This document shows positions 43,987-44,661 of a stretch of DNA of 44,661 bases, piece after piece. Position 1 is the stretch's first letter. Every line of letters begins with the position of its first letter. The notes beneath the pieces were generated by a model. That model did not search any database and had not been told where the DNA came from. It worked only from the letters and a program-made list of their open reading frames with translations. Made by a program: the position numbers and the translations under genes. Location of the stretch: positions 1-44,661 of the IMG/VR virus record IMGVR_UViG_3300044878_000086; one strand, 5' to 3'. The DNA is from a virus (taxonomy: Duplodnaviria; Caudoviricetes).

Positions 43987-44063
43987 TGGTTGCCCCTGAT
44001 TTCACTTTGGTTTGGAGTCCGCCAGGCGATGGCCCGGCGGGTTATTGCTATACGGCGCGACGA

Positions 44064-44661
44064 TCAATCAAATGGGATGTCATCCCAGTCAGCTGGCGGT
44101 TCGTTGCCAGCGCCGCCCTGATGACTCGGCGACTGCGATTGACTCGGCTGATTGCGCAGCTTGCGAACCGGGTTCTTCGCAATGAACGCCATGAATCCGC
44201 CCAGGGCTGCTGCCTTGTTCTGCTTGGAGAGGATCTCGGCAGCCATCAGTTCGGTGCCGAACTCGAACGGGGCGGCAATAATCATCCGCTCGCCAATATC
44301 GCCGTTCTGCTTCTGGTATTCCTCCTGCTGGAGAACAAGGCCGATTTTCTTGCCCTTCAGCTCAATGGCACACTCTTTCTGCTTGGTCACCATGCCCTGC
44401 TGGTCGAAGTCGTAAAGCTCTACCGGCTCTTCTTTCCAGTTCAGTGCCTTGACCTTGGCGCAGGTCATCAAAGCGTTGAGCTGCTTGTATCCGGCCAGCG
44501 GTGCGCCGCTACCGTTGTGGGTGTACAGGTTCAGCGGCCCGACCTCCTGGCCGTTGTCGGCAATGAACATCACGTTCACGCTTTCGGTGCCTTTCGGGTT
44601 CTTCTCGTAGAAGGCTGCGGTAACGGTGCCCATGTACTTGCCGGTTTCCGTGATGCGCTTG
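44064..44661 (-). CDS. putative single-stranded DNA-binding protein, 5'-truncated by the window edge
   Basis: Gln/Ser/Gly linker and acidic DWDDIPFD tail; frame open to the window end. Confidence 0.7.
   Translation of the reverse strand, partial: KRITETGKYMGTVTAAFYEKNPKGTESVNVMFIADNGQEVGPLNLYTHNGSGAPLAGYKQLNALMTCAKVKALNWKEEPVELYDFDQQGMVTKQKECAIELKGKKIGLVLQQEEYQKQNGDIGERMIIAAPFEFGTELMAAEILSKQNKAAALGGFMAFIAKNPVRKLRNQPSQSQSPSHQGGAGNEPPADWDDIPFD

Overview
The window is most of the genome of a lambdoid, siphovirus-type temperate phage. The host is probably Pseudomonas (inferred from gene families, codon style and att-like sequence). Gene order: CII-like gene end, KorA/TrfB-like repressor, O-like initiator with iterons, DnaB, a ParA + ribbon-helix-helix partition cassette, nin region, nucleotide-metabolism operon, Q-like antiterminator, holins, HslV-like peptidase, terminase/portal/head (HNH after the capsid gene), tail (G/GT frameshift, tape measure, tip, depolymerase spike), GH19 endolysin, then leftward early genes. 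The leftward block contains an att-like site, an orphan TnpB and a tyrosine integrase. The immunity region (cI/cro) lies outside the window. The int/att locus is internal and flanked by phage genes, so the molecule looks unintegrated. Together with the partition system, a plasmid-type repressor, a candidate antisense copy-control RNA, a defective attP and no visible xis, this suggests a phage-plasmid. Three independent families of dispersed DNA sites were read directly: an 18-bp palindrome at promoters, 9-bp-period centromere-like arrays (two inside coding sequence), and a 36-bp inverted repeat with an invariant 18-bp spacer. Also seen: CCA-ending tRNA-like RNAs after the late promoter, and a TnpB whose guide is the integrase 3' end. 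All family assignments come from motif recognition, not database searches.
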